A DNA stretch of 64,000 nt from Halarcobacter sp. (GCA_048571215.1 CP182352.1:1312001-1376000), one strand, 5' to 3'; counted from the first letter of the stretch, positions 38,989-49,896 are shown. Notes: generated by a model from the sequence alone, not told the origin. Numbers and translations are program-made.

Positions 38989-40425
38989 TTATTTTAAAGC
39001 TTCAAGTGTTTTATATTCATCTAGTGCAAAATCATCTGTCATACCACTAATATAATCAATTATTAGTCTACATCTATAATACCACTCTTCTATAACATAT
39101 CTATTTAAATTATTTTTAGATATTTTTCCCACTGCTTGCTTATATGCAACTATATGTTTAGAAGAGAGTCGTTTTATAAGCCTTTGGGAAACATAACAAT
39201 CAATTCTTTGATCATTTACCAATTTTTCAAACTCTTTAAAATCTAATTTTAAAAGTGCTGAATATATATTTAATAAAGATGTTAAGATTTTATGCCCTTT
39301 TAGCTCCAAGGTTTGAATATCTTTATTATTATAAATATATTTTATAGAGATAGCTTGAAGTATATTTACAGCTTTTGTATATTTGCTATTTTTATCATAT
39401 TCTAAAAGTGCATTATTAAAGTTACCATCAAATATATCTTGGTGATTTTCTATATATATTTTACTTACATGTTCAACTAAGGCATGGGTTAATTTAGCAC
39501 GAGTGAGAGTTAAAAAAAGATTAAACTGATATGGTTCATCCTCTTTTTCTTTTGCTTTTTTGTAAAACCCTTCTATTAAATCAAATAGATAGGTATCTTC
39601 TGTTTTTTCACACTCTTGTTTTATTAGTTTATATATATCCTCAAAACTAAGAATTCCTTTATCAACGGCATCTTCCATATCTGCATTTAAATAAGAGATA
39701 TCATCCGCTGCTTCCATAATATATGTTATTGGAAATCTACAATACTCTTTTATATCTAAACTATTTAAAACCTCTTTTACTAAATCTTTTTCACTATAAT
39801 AAAATCCCGGCTTTTTCTTTAGATAATAAAGCTCTTCATCTTTTTTAGGTTTCTGTTCATATGCCCCTCTTGTATATTTGATAACAGAAGCTATTTGAGA
39901 ATAAGAGAGATTTAGCCTTTGAAGTTTTGTTATAACCCTTATAGCTTGTGCATTTCCATCAAAAGAAGACAGATCTTTTAAAAGCATATTTTTAAAATCT
40001 AAGTTGTCACTTTCAACTTCCACACAAGCTTCAAATATCTCAAACCCTTTTGTTTTCATCCAATCATTAATTGCAACCTCTGCAAAATGTCCAAAGGGTG
40101 GGTTTCCAATATCATGTAAAAAGCTTGTCATCTCTGCTATAGAAATAAATGGTTCATTCAATTTATCTAGACCATGCTTTCCATCCACTTTCTTTAGCAC
40201 GGTTTTAGCAATAAACCTTGCTGTTTGAGAAACCTCCAAAGAATGGGTAAGTCTACTTCTAACAGCTGCATTTAACTCTAAAGGAAACACTTGGGTCTTT
40301 TTTTGAAGTCTTCTTAGTGCTGGTGCAGAAAGTATCCTACCCCTATCACTTTCACATGATATATCAATATCATTTATTGGATACAACTCTCTGTGGTTTG
40401 TAATTTTTTTATTGTAATCTATCAT
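38989..40425 (-). CDS. dgt: dGTP triphosphohydrolase
   Basis: RRLQKKTQVFPL, RLTHSLEV, HDIGNPPFGH, EAADDISY, DYISGMTD. Confidence 0.95.
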   Translation of the reverse strand: MIDYNKKITNHRELYPINDIDISCESDRGRILSAPALRRLQKKTQVFPLELNAAVRSRLTHSLEVSQTARFIAKTVLKKVDGKHGLDKLNEPFISIAEMTSFLHDIGNPPFGHFAEVAINDWMKTKGFEIFEACVEVESDNLDFKNMLLKDLSSFDGNAQAIRVITKLQRLNLSYSQIASVIKYTRGAYEQKPKKDEELYYLKKKPGFYYSEKDLVKEVLNSLDIKEYCRFPITYIMEAADDISYLNADMEDAVDKGILSFEDIYKLIKQECEKTEDTYLFDLIEGFYKKAKEKEDEPYQFNLFLTLTRAKLTHALVEHVSKIYIENHQDIFDGNFNNALLEYDKNSKYTKAVNILQAISIKYIYNNKDIQTLELKGHKILTSLLNIYSALLKLDFKEFEKLVNDQRIDCYVSQRLIKRLSSKHIVAYKQAVGKISKNNLNRYVIEEWYYRCRLIIDYISGMTDDFALDEYKTLEALK

Positions 40426-40477
40426 AGTATTAAATCTTTAATTTTTTTGTATTGTATTGTATTGAAAACTCTTTTAA

Positions 40478-41716
40478 TCATAAATATAAATGGATATTAA
40501 AAAGAACAAATAGTATATTTAACAATAAAAATGCTCTTTTATCAACAATACTAAGAAGTGAAACACTTATATAGAGTATAAAAAAGTAAAAAGGTGTAAT
40601 ATACTCAAAACTAGAGATATTATAAGAAAAGAATTCCAATATAATCTTATCCAATAAATCCCCATATGAAATAAGATGTAAAAAAAGTTCCAAAGGGTAA
40701 AATAAAACAAAAACAAGCGTAAGTATAGGTGAAAGAAGTTGTTCATATGCTGTATTGTAGAAAAAATAATGAACGATTGGATTAAATGCTAAAAATATCC
40801 AAAAATTGAAAAATAGTATAGAGATAATTTTTGGTATATTTTTAAAATATTGAACATATAAAAATATATAAAAAACTGCAATAATAGAAAACCAAAAAGA
40901 TAGTGAGAATAGATATGCTGGAAAAAAAGAGATAATTAATACAAAAGTCAATAATAGATTTCCATAAGATATAAGCTTGATATTTGACCTAAGAAAATAT
41001 ATTGCTAAAATAGACATAACAAAAGCTCTAAAAAGTGAGGGAATCAAATCTAAAAATATTAAATAAGAAAAAAGAAAAATACAAGTTAATAATACAATAT
41101 CAAATTTTCTATTTCTATAGGGGAAAAACTTACTATGAAAATAACTATATGGAAGATATAATAAGATATAAACAATAAAAGATATAAGCCCTAAATGAAA
41201 GCCTGAAATGGCTATTAGGTGACTTATTGCATAGTTTGAAAAAATCTCTCTAAGGTTTTTTGAAACAGGTATAGCTAAAAACAGGGCATTGAAAAACTCT
41301 TTTATAGTAGCATCTTTATGGCTTTTGTTAATGTTTTTATAGATTTTAGTTTTTAGTGTATTTTTTGTTGTTATAGTATCTATAAAAATAGATTTCGCAT
41401 AAAAACCTTTTAAATAATCTAAAAATCTGATATTTAAAGTTAAAAAACCTATATTTATATTTTGTAGTTTTGAAATTTTTTTATTTTTTTCAACTGATGT
41501 ATAAAAGGTAAAATCATTGTTTTTTAGTTTTAATACATTAAAACTTCTTTTATCATAAATATTTTCTATCAAAAACTTAGAACTATATATCTCTTCTGAT
41601 TTTAATTTTTTATAATTATTATATTGATAAATAACATTAAAGGTAAATATAATGCTAAGAAGAATAGAAAAAGATATTAACTCTTTTTTTGAAGAAATAA
41701 AAGATATACTTTCCAT
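40478..41716 (-). CDS. comEC: ComEC/Rec2 competence membrane protein
   Basis: SHLIAISGFHLG, PSLFRA, SFWFS. Confidence 0.9.
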   Translation of the reverse strand: MESISFISSKKELISFSILLSIIFTFNVIYQYNNYKKLKSEEIYSSKFLIENIYDKRSFNVLKLKNNDFTFYTSVEKNKKISKLQNINIGFLTLNIRFLDYLKGFYAKSIFIDTITTKNTLKTKIYKNINKSHKDATIKEFFNALFLAIPVSKNLREIFSNYAISHLIAISGFHLGLISFIVYILLYLPYSYFHSKFFPYRNRKFDIVLLTCIFLFSYLIFLDLIPSLFRAFVMSILAIYFLRSNIKLISYGNLLLTFVLIISFFPAYLFSLSFWFSIIAVFYIFLYVQYFKNIPKIISILFFNFWIFLAFNPIVHYFFYNTAYEQLLSPILTLVFVLFYPLELFLHLISYGDLLDKIILEFFSYNISSFEYITPFYFFILYISVSLLSIVDKRAFLLLNILFVLFNIHLYL

Positions 41717-41771
41717 AAAAAAGTATATAATTTTTTATATTATTAAAAGCTTATTAAATGATAAAAAATTT

Positions 41772-43808
41772 CTAAAACTCAATATCCTCTTCTTGAAACT
41801 TAAGTAAGTTATCATAATTTAAAGGTTTAGATAAATAATATCCTTGTACAAAATCTACTTTTAACTCTTTGACTTTTTCATAAGTAGGCTTATCTGCTAC
41901 AAACTCAGCAACTGTTTTTATATTTAACTCTTTTGTAAAGTATATAATAGATTCTAAAATAGATTGTTTTGTAAAATCATTTGAAACATCTTTGATTAGG
42001 GAACCATCGATTTTAAGAATATCAATATCTAGGGATATTAAATATGCAAAGTTTGAATACCCTGTTCCAAAATCATCTATAGCTATTTTTATGCCATTTG
42101 ATTTAAGTTTTTCAATAACTTCAATAGTGTAGTTATAGTTATCAATACCTTCTGATTCTAAAATTTCAACAATAATTCTTCCACCTAGATCATATTGTTT
42201 AACCATAAAGATTAAATACTCTACCGTTTCAATATTATAAAAATCCTCTATAGAGAAGTTAATACTAAATTTTCCCTTTAATTTATTAAATGTTTCACAG
42301 GCAATGGTGATTACTCTTTTGGTTATGTCATGGTAAACTCTTGACCTTTTTGCGACAGTTAAGAACTCAAAAGGTGATACAATAGTTCCATCATCATCTA
42401 TATATCGTACTAAACATTCATATTTTTTGACTTTTTTCTCTTCTACACTAACTATTGGCTGATAAAATACTGTTATTCTATTGTCAGCTAATGCCTCTTT
42501 TAATTTTTTATTCCATCTAAAATTATGCTCATAGATTGCTTGTTGGTCAATATTTTCTGAGTAGATTTCATATAATGATGAATTTTTTCGTGATTGATTC
42601 ATTGCAGTTTCTGCTAATGCTATAATTGTATTTTTTTCAGTATTATTTGAAATAGCTACACCATATGATAAATCTATATCATAATTTATAGAATTAAAAC
42701 TAAAAGGTTTCTCATTTATTGTTTTTTTTAGTTTATTTATTACCTCTTCATATACCTCTTTTTCCACATGTTCATAAAATAGTATTGCATATTCATCCGA
42801 TGAAATTCTATAATATTTTGCATTGTACTTTTCTGCAATATCTTTTATTGTATTTGCTATGTAGATTAAAACTTGGTCACCAAAATAAAATCCAAATAGA
42901 TTATTTATCTCTTGAAAATTATCAATATCAATTAGAATTAAAACTGGTTTATTTATATTTATAATATCTGATTTTAACTTTAATCTATTTGGTATATTTG
43001 TTAAAATATCTGTAACAATTTGATTTTGAAGAAGTTTTTTATTTAAAATAAGTTCAGTTACATCATTTTTTATAGAAATAAACTCAATAATATCACCATT
43101 ATCATCAACAATTGGTGAAATAGTAGTCTCAACATAAAATATTTTTCCTGATTTATCTCTACTTTTTATAGTTCCTTGCCAAATCTTTTTATCTAATATT
43201 GTTTTCCATAATCTTTTGAAAAAAGATTTTGGCATACTTGGATGTCTAACAATATTGTGATTTTTACCAATTAACTCCTCTTTTGTATATCCACAAAGTT
43301 CTGCAAATTTCTCATTAACATAAGTTATTTTCCCACTTTTATCAGTTTTAGTAACATGATTACTTTTATCTACTATCTCTTTATATTCTTGTAATAATCT
43401 ATTTTTTTCTAGAAACATTTTCTCTAATTGAATTTTTTCTGAAATTCTTTCTATTGTTGAGATTAATTCATCTATATCAATTGGTTTTATAACAAATTTT
43501 TCTATTTTTAATTTAATTGCTTCTTGGAAATATTTTGGTTCACTAAAGGCAGATGCAACAATAATAGGTATGTTAGTACACACTGTTCTAATCTTATCAA
43601 CCATTTCTAAACCATTCATTTGAGGCATTTTTATATCTGTTATTACTAAATCTGGTTTTATCTCTTCAATTTTTTTTAAAGCTTCGATAGGACTAGAAAA
43701 AGAGTATAAATATTTAACTTCTCTTTTTAATATCCTTTCTAATCTATTTAATAAAATTTCATCATCTTCAACAAGTAAAAGTTTCAAATCTATCATATAA
43801 ATATCCAT
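41772..43808 (-). CDS. REC-PAS-GGDEF(degenerate)-EAL c-di-GMP phosphodiesterase
   Basis: TDIKMP receiver; HNIVRHP PAS; SSDEY in place of GGDEF; ECLVR and DDFGTGYS EAL motifs. Confidence 0.92.
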   Translation of the reverse strand: MDIYMIDLKLLLVEDDEILLNRLERILKREVKYLYSFSSPIEALKKIEEIKPDLVITDIKMPQMNGLEMVDKIRTVCTNIPIIVASAFSEPKYFQEAIKLKIEKFVIKPIDIDELISTIERISEKIQLEKMFLEKNRLLQEYKEIVDKSNHVTKTDKSGKITYVNEKFAELCGYTKEELIGKNHNIVRHPSMPKSFFKRLWKTILDKKIWQGTIKSRDKSGKIFYVETTISPIVDDNGDIIEFISIKNDVTELILNKKLLQNQIVTDILTNIPNRLKLKSDIININKPVLILIDIDNFQEINNLFGFYFGDQVLIYIANTIKDIAEKYNAKYYRISSDEYAILFYEHVEKEVYEEVINKLKKTINEKPFSFNSINYDIDLSYGVAISNNTEKNTIIALAETAMNQSRKNSSLYEIYSENIDQQAIYEHNFRWNKKLKEALADNRITVFYQPIVSVEEKKVKKYECLVRYIDDDGTIVSPFEFLTVAKRSRVYHDITKRVITIACETFNKLKGKFSINFSIEDFYNIETVEYLIFMVKQYDLGGRIIVEILESEGIDNYNYTIEVIEKLKSNGIKIAIDDFGTGYSNFAYLISLDIDILKIDGSLIKDVSNDFTKQSILESIIYFTKELNIKTVAEFVADKPTYEKVKELKVDFVQGYYLSKPLNYDNLLKFQEEDIEF

Positions 43809-43943
43809 ATTTTATAAGTTTCTTAATGATATTTAAACAAATATAAATATAAGTTGAAACTACTATTTTAGTTATTAATAATAATTAAAAATAAGATATA
43901 ACTTATAATATTATGGTATAATAAAAAAAACATTGGAGTTATC

Positions 43944-44591
43944 ATGATCGTAAATAACTATTCAACTAAAGAGGGTCTTACTAGCGTTTTATCAAATGAA
44001 AATATTCAAACAAAAGAGGAAACTTCTAAGAGTTTTTCTGATGAATTAACACAATCAAATAATACAAAATCAAATCAAGAAGAAGCTCCTAAAATAGAAA
44101 AAAAAGATGATGAGCCAGATTTGTGGGCAATGTTTGAGGATATAAAATCTTTAATGAAGACAGGGGCAACAGTAGAAGAGTTAAAAGCTATGGAAGATAT
44201 GATAAAAGAGATTTTTAAAAATTTACAAAAAGATCCACCAAGTGCGGAAGATATTAAAAATGCTGAAAATTTATTAGATAGATTAGAACAAATGATTATG
44301 GAGCTTAAAAAGAGAATGACTGGAGTAGCTATAAAAGAAGAAAATGGTGATGGTTTGGTTACAAGTCCAACAAAAGAATCTTTATCTATTACCTTATCAT
44401 CTGGTGAGAGTTTTAAACTTGAAAACCTAAATACGAAATTTGGTCCAACACTTATTAATAGAATAAATAATGCGATTGAAGGGTTTAAAGATATAAGAGA
44501 TTCTAAAGAAAAGATTGCTAATACAACGGTGGCATCTTCTTCTAAAGAAGAATTAGAACTTATAACTCAGTTGAAAAAGTTTCAAAAATAG
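43944..44591 (+). CDS. Hypothetical protein, paralog of 44623..45264
   Basis: GGAG RBS; shares LWAMFEDIKSLMKTG and ELKKRxTGxAIK with the next gene. Confidence 0.8.
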   Translation: MIVNNYSTKEGLTSVLSNENIQTKEETSKSFSDELTQSNNTKSNQEEAPKIEKKDDEPDLWAMFEDIKSLMKTGATVEELKAMEDMIKEIFKNLQKDPPSAEDIKNAENLLDRLEQMIMELKKRMTGVAIKEENGDGLVTSPTKESLSITLSSGESFKLENLNTKFGPTLINRINNAIEGFKDIRDSKEKIANTTVASSSKEELELITQLKKFQK

Positions 44592-44622
44592 TTTAATTTA
44601 ATTTGCAATATAAGGATTTAAG

Positions 44623-45264
44623 ATGACAATTTTAAATGATTTATACGATAAAAAGCCACAAACAAGCCATTATTATACTAATAATAATCAAACAATAGAA
44701 GAGAATAAAATAACTTTTTCTGAAGAGTTAGAACAATCAAACCATTCATCACAAAATAAATTAGAAGGTGAAGATAACTATGAGGAACGCTTATGGGCAA
44801 TGTTTGAGGATATAAAATCTTTGATGAAAACGGGCTTTAAAAAAGATGAATTAGAAGAGATTGAAAAAATAATAAAAGCTTTAATAAAATCTATAAGTGA
44901 AAATCATCCAAACTATAGTATGAAAAAAATATATGATATGGTAGAAAGTATGCTTATTGAATTAAAAAAGAGAATAACTGGGATTGCTATAAAAGATGGG
45001 GATAAAGTAAATGATGCAAATAATAATACCTCTGATATTACTGCAACTAAATTATCTAAAAACTCTGAAATAGATGTTGAAAGTGCTAGTCTTGATATAA
45101 TTACATCACTAATAAAAGATAAATTAAAAAATATTACAGCTTCAGAATTTGTAAAAAAAGATAATAAAGATGAAGAGGCTAAAAATATAAAATTAGATAA
45201 AAATAATTTGTATTCTAGCGAAGAATTAGAACTTGTAGAATTACTTAAAAAAGCTCAAAAATAG
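44623..45264 (+). CDS. Hypothetical protein, paralog of 43944..44591
   Basis: AAGGA RBS; same shared blocks. Confidence 0.8.
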   Translation: MTILNDLYDKKPQTSHYYTNNNQTIEENKITFSEELEQSNHSSQNKLEGEDNYEERLWAMFEDIKSLMKTGFKKDELEEIEKIIKALIKSISENHPNYSMKKIYDMVESMLIELKKRITGIAIKDGDKVNDANNNTSDITATKLSKNSEIDVESASLDIITSLIKDKLKNITASEFVKKDNKDEEAKNIKLDKNNLYSSEELELVELLKKAQK

Positions 45265-45282
45265 AAGAGTTTTAGCTCTCCT

Positions 45283-47373
45283 CTATTTTCTTTTCCAGAT
45301 ACTCATCTGTGATACTGAGTGTTGATATTTTCTACTTGTCTCTTTGATTACAAAAGGAACATCTAATAATTCAACAAGTTCAAATTTATCCTCTAAGTTT
45401 GCTTTTAAGGTATCTAAGGTTTTTACCTCTTTATTATCTCTTAAAAAACCTCCAAGCCAATTTTCTTTTGGAGTATAATCTTCAAGCCAAGTATATGGAC
45501 TAAGTAGTACTAACATCCCATTTTCATTTACCCTATTTGGGATATCATCTAAGAATTTTTGTGGATAATATAATCTATCAATTAAATTTGAACAAAAAAT
45601 CAAATCATAACCTGTGTATAACTCTTTTAGATTACAAGCATCACCTTGCATAAAGGTAACTTTATCTTTTATATTTTCAAGACCAAAATCTTTCAAAGAG
45701 ATTATTTTCTCTTCAAATAACTCACCCTCTGTTGCCATTTTATACGTTAAACTATCATATTTTATAAGTTTTACTCCAACATTAATAAAATTAGCACTAA
45801 AATCTATACCTAAAACTTCATCAAACTCTTTTGCCAATTCAAAGGTACTTCTACCAACAGAACAACCTAGATCTAAAGCTTTAGTTTTTTTAACATCTTT
45901 TAAATATGGTTTTAAAACATCTATACTTTTTTTAGGAAAGTTTTCAACACCATAATATTCTGCTCCATAATGAAACTCACAATATTGTGAGATTTGTTCA
46001 TCTGTTTCATATACATTGTCATTAAGTTTTGTTCTATATTCATTATCACTTTTTACATACCTAAAACCTGCATGTTGAAAGAAATGTTTTCTAAAAGCAT
46101 ATCTAGCACTTCTTAATACTTCATTTCCTAAAGAGATAAAAGAACTACCTTTAATAAGAGCATGTCTATCATCAAAGGTTGGAGTCGTAAAATCATCATA
46201 GGCAGGATGGGTTTTAAAGCCATCAAAAGGGTATGTTGGGGTTATACTCCATTGCCAAATATTTCCTATAACATCATAAAAATCTCCCATTTTATATTTA
46301 TCAACTGGAGTTTGATTAAAATATTTTAGACCAATATTTGCCTCACAATCTTGAGCTTTTACAAAATCATTCAATCTATAATATTCATCTTCACTTGGAA
46401 GTCTTACTTCAAAACCTAATTTTTCACTTTTGTATTTACAAAAAGCTTCTGCCTCATACACATTTATATCTACTGGATAATTTAAAGGTAAAGGAACAAT
46501 TCTATTAATCTCCCTTAAAAAATATTTTTCATCTTTTTTTATCCAAAATGTTGGCAATTTTGCTTGGGTAAAATCTAACCATTTTAAACCATCTTTACTA
46601 AAATAGTGAGTTTTATTGTATCCACCATCTTTTACAAACTCTAAAAACTCTCCATTTGATACTAGATATTTACTAGCTTCAAAATCATTTATATATGCTT
46701 TGTGGTAAGCAAACTCATTATCCCAACCATAAAACTCAGGCTTATTGTAATCTTTTTCAAGAATAACCTCTCCACCTTTTACCTCACATAATTGATTTTT
46801 AGGATAAGAATCACTTCCTTCATTGTTGTATTCAAATAGTTCATCATCTATTAAAAACTCTTTATCTAACTCTCTTAAAAGTACAGATGATGTTTCTATA
46901 TGGATATTTTCATGTTCAATACCCATTAACACTATCCACATAGGTGATTCCCAGTTTATAGGCATAGTAAATTCTAGATTTTCAATCAAATCTAAAATAA
47001 TCTTTTTTACATCATCCCTATAAGCTTTTGTTTGTTCATATGTTGGCCAAACATAGTTTTCACTATTTAAATCATCCCAACTCATCTCATCAACACCTAT
47101 TGCAAATATTGATTCATGGGTCTTATTAACTCTTTTTGTTGTTATATTAGAAACATTTAGTTTATTCATAAAAAAAGTTGCGGTATGACCATAATAGAAA
47201 ATCAAAGGGTGTCTTAATTTATTTGGTTGTTCATATAGATTTTTTTTATCTTTTAATAAATCAAATAGTTTTTCATCAAGCTCATAAGTTTGTAAGAAAT
47301 ACCTTTTTATCTCTTCTCTTTTTTCTTCAACAGTTCCTTCACTTAAATTTATAGTATCTTTTATATAGTTCAT
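45283..47373 (-). CDS. ovoA: 5-histidylcysteine sulfoxide synthase (ovothiol biosynthesis): DinB + FGE-sulfatase + methyltransferase
   Basis: LRHPLIFYYGHTATF, GVDEMSWDD, HENIHIE iron motif, YGWDNE, AFRKHFFQHAGFR, LDLGCSVGR, GDACNL. Confidence 0.93.
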   Translation of the reverse strand: MNYIKDTINLSEGTVEEKREEIKRYFLQTYELDEKLFDLLKDKKNLYEQPNKLRHPLIFYYGHTATFFMNKLNVSNITTKRVNKTHESIFAIGVDEMSWDDLNSENYVWPTYEQTKAYRDDVKKIILDLIENLEFTMPINWESPMWIVLMGIEHENIHIETSSVLLRELDKEFLIDDELFEYNNEGSDSYPKNQLCEVKGGEVILEKDYNKPEFYGWDNEFAYHKAYINDFEASKYLVSNGEFLEFVKDGGYNKTHYFSKDGLKWLDFTQAKLPTFWIKKDEKYFLREINRIVPLPLNYPVDINVYEAEAFCKYKSEKLGFEVRLPSEDEYYRLNDFVKAQDCEANIGLKYFNQTPVDKYKMGDFYDVIGNIWQWSITPTYPFDGFKTHPAYDDFTTPTFDDRHALIKGSSFISLGNEVLRSARYAFRKHFFQHAGFRYVKSDNEYRTKLNDNVYETDEQISQYCEFHYGAEYYGVENFPKKSIDVLKPYLKDVKKTKALDLGCSVGRSTFELAKEFDEVLGIDFSANFINVGVKLIKYDSLTYKMATEGELFEEKIISLKDFGLENIKDKVTFMQGDACNLKELYTGYDLIFCSNLIDRLYYPQKFLDDIPNRVNENGMLVLLSPYTWLEDYTPKENWLGGFLRDNKEVKTLDTLKANLEDKFELVELLDVPFVIKETSRKYQHSVSQMSIWKRK

Positions 47374-47453
47374 ATTTCCCTCTTTGAAATGATTTTATTA
47401 TTTTATAGATTTTCTTTCGCTATTTGTACGCATTTAAAATTAATTAATCATAT

Positions 47454-47933
47454 TTATATAATTTTTTCTTTTGTTAAAATTATACCATCAGTATCAGCAT
47501 ACAAATAATCACCTTCATTGAATTGTACTCCACAAAAAGAGAGTTCAATTGCCCTTTCTCCCTTTGTTTCAGGAATATACTTTCTAGGACAAGTCCCCCT
47601 TGCAAATAGTGCAACAGGGATATCTTTTATTTGATAAGTATCTCTTATATACCCATTTACTATAATCCCTTCATAGTTGTTTTTATGTGCAAATTTCATT
47701 AGATTTTCTCCTACAACTGCAAAATACTCATCTTCTACATCTACAACAACAATTTTTCCTGCTCCATCTTCATCTCTTAAAACTTTTATTAATTCACTAT
47801 TATTTCTATCCAATTTTACTGTAGTAACAATTCCTTGTACTTTTGTTTTTGCACCATAATTTTTAAATTCATTATCTAGTACATAAACTTTATCTGGATG
47901 GTTATCACAAATATCAGCTGTAAAAAAATCCAT
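47454..47933 (-). CDS. rraA: RraA / HMG aldolase family protein
   Basis: TADICD, VVDV...AVVGE, G.IRD, YADTDGI. Confidence 0.9.
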   Translation of the reverse strand: MDFFTADICDNHPDKVYVLDNEFKNYGAKTKVQGIVTTVKLDRNNSELIKVLRDEDGAGKIVVVDVEDEYFAVVGENLMKFAHKNNYEGIIVNGYIRDTYQIKDIPVALFARGTCPRKYIPETKGERAIELSFCGVQFNEGDYLYADTDGIILTKEKII

Positions 47934-48050
47934 TATATATCCTTAACTTTAATTCAGAGTATTATTATCTCAAAAGATAATTAATATAGACTTATCGTAT
48001 CACAATTTTTATACGAATTTTAGATAAAATTAAAATAAAAAGGTTATTTT

Positions 48051-49049
48051 GTGAAGTTTTATTTTCAAACTATTTTTTATATTTTTATTGCTTTACTATT
48101 TAATGCTTGTAGTTCAAAATATGTAACAATAAAAACCCTTCATCCCTCTTTAGTACAAAATGTAAAAATGAAAAATATTTTTATAGAAGATTTTACCAAT
48201 GATTACATCAATCAAGCTTATTATATTAAAGAGAGTTTAGTTAATCATAATATAGATAACAAAACTATATTCTCAATTAAAAATATTCATAATAACATCG
48301 ATTCAATTATCACAGGTAACGTAACTACCTCACTTGATATTGATGTTTATATTAAACAAAACCATGAGGATCTTATTTGTGAAAGATATATTTATGATAG
48401 AAAAGAGAAAACAAGAAGATGTATTAGTTTTGCCCCTAGAAATATATATTGTGAGAAATTAAATTATCAATTAACAACAAATATAGAAGTCTTAGACAAA
48501 AATCAAAGTACAAAGTTTGTAAAAACTTACACAAAAAATGCTTACGATGATAACTGTTATGAGAATAGAGTTTTTATATATTTTAATACAAATAGACCAA
48601 TAAATATAAATAGAAATGAAAAAAGAGTTTATAAAAAATTAGCAAAAAATATAGCAAATGAGTTTTTAACAGATGTATCAGCCCACTATGTTCTAAATAG
48701 AATTCCTCTAATAGATACATTAGATGATAGCTTGTTATATACAAGTGAAGATAAAAAAATCTATCAAACCTTGATTGAAAACATAGAAAAAGCAGACTAC
48801 AAATTCTCCTTGGAAACGTTGAAGAATTTAAATAAAAAGTATGGCTACCATAGCCATGAAATGCTATACACAATAGCAATACTTTATGAAAAAGAGAATT
48901 TAAACTTAAAAGCTATAAACTACTACAAAAAAGCCTTAGTTCAGTGTAAAAATAGTGATAATTGTAAACTAATCAATGATGCAATTATTCGTGTAAATAA
49001 AAATATGAAACTAAAAAGTGAAGCTATATTAGAGTTGATTGATAATTAA
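48051..49049 (+). CDS. Putative lipoprotein with a C-terminal TPR-like region
   Basis: LFNAC lipobox; YTIAILYE...AINYYKKAL. Confidence 0.7.
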   Translation: MKFYFQTIFYIFIALLFNACSSKYVTIKTLHPSLVQNVKMKNIFIEDFTNDYINQAYYIKESLVNHNIDNKTIFSIKNIHNNIDSIITGNVTTSLDIDVYIKQNHEDLICERYIYDRKEKTRRCISFAPRNIYCEKLNYQLTTNIEVLDKNQSTKFVKTYTKNAYDDNCYENRVFIYFNTNRPININRNEKRVYKKLAKNIANEFLTDVSAHYVLNRIPLIDTLDDSLLYTSEDKKIYQTLIENIEKADYKFSLETLKNLNKKYGYHSHEMLYTIAILYEKENLNLKAINYYKKALVQCKNSDNCKLINDAIIRVNKNMKLKSEAILELIDN

Positions 49050-49738
49050 AACCAATCTTTTATAGCTTCTGATACTACTAGTTGTTTCTCTAAAGGTAAC
49101 ATATGAGAAGTGGAGTTAATCTTTAAAAACTTTGACTTTTTCAAATTTTGTTCTAGGTAGTTTAAATTATCAATATCAAGTAGTTTATCATTAATCGAAT
49201 AGATAAAAAACATAGGAATATCAGTTTTTAATAACAAATTTGATAGATCTCTTCTATGTAAACTAACTTTTAATTGATCAAAAAGTGTATCTTCTCCCAA
49301 TGAAATATACATATCTTGAATAGTATCAATCAATTTTTTATTATCTATATTTTTTTCATCAAGCATTGAATTTATAGCTTTTTTACTTAATTTATTAAAT
49401 CCAAATTTTTTTATAAACTCTAAACCCAATTCTCTTTTTTTTATCTCATCTTTACTTAAGCAAGAACAAGATGAGGAGATAATCATAAGTTTATTTATAT
49501 TATTTGGATATTTAAAACCATAATAACTAGCAAAATAACCTCCTAAAGAGAAACCTAGTATATTTGCTTTTTTATCAGTTATTTTTTGATGTAGTGCATC
49601 TACTACATAGTCTATATTTTGTTTATTAGGGATATTTAAATGTATAAGCTCATAATTATGTTCCAATAAAGGGATTAGTTTTTTCCAAAGCATTTCATTG
49701 CACATAAAACCTGGTAGCATATAGATTCTTTTTTTCAT
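49046..49738 (-). CDS. Alpha/beta-fold hydrolase
   Basis: LPGFMC, GFSLGG nucleophile elbow, D.L, HMLPLE. Confidence 0.9.
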   Translation of the reverse strand: MKKRIYMLPGFMCNEMLWKKLIPLLEHNYELIHLNIPNKQNIDYVVDALHQKITDKKANILGFSLGGYFASYYGFKYPNNINKLMIISSSCSCLSKDEIKKRELGLEFIKKFGFNKLSKKAINSMLDEKNIDNKKLIDTIQDMYISLGEDTLFDQLKVSLHRRDLSNLLLKTDIPMFFIYSINDKLLDIDNLNYLEQNLKKSKFLKINSTSHMLPLEKQLVVSEAIKDWF

Positions 49739-49777
49739 TTCTTATTGTATCAAATAAATATTATAAGATAAAATAAA

Positions 49778-49810
49778 AGAGAGTTTAATTATATTTTATT
49801 TAAACTCTCT
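49778..49810. promoter_or_regulatory. 11-bp inverted repeat (AGAGAGTTTAA-N11-TTAAACTCTCT) in a divergent promoter region
   Basis: Perfect inverted repeat; function unknown. Confidence 0.4.
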
Positions 49811-49896
49811 ACTCTTTCAAACTTTGTTCTAATCAAAGTTTTACAAATTTTTAGCTATCCTTATGCCCTTTATAACAATTGAAAATAGGTAAATAT

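Noticed and set aside
49739..49896. Cobalamin riboswitch before the mutase operon
   Set aside because: The region is short and very AT-rich, with no recognisable B12-box.
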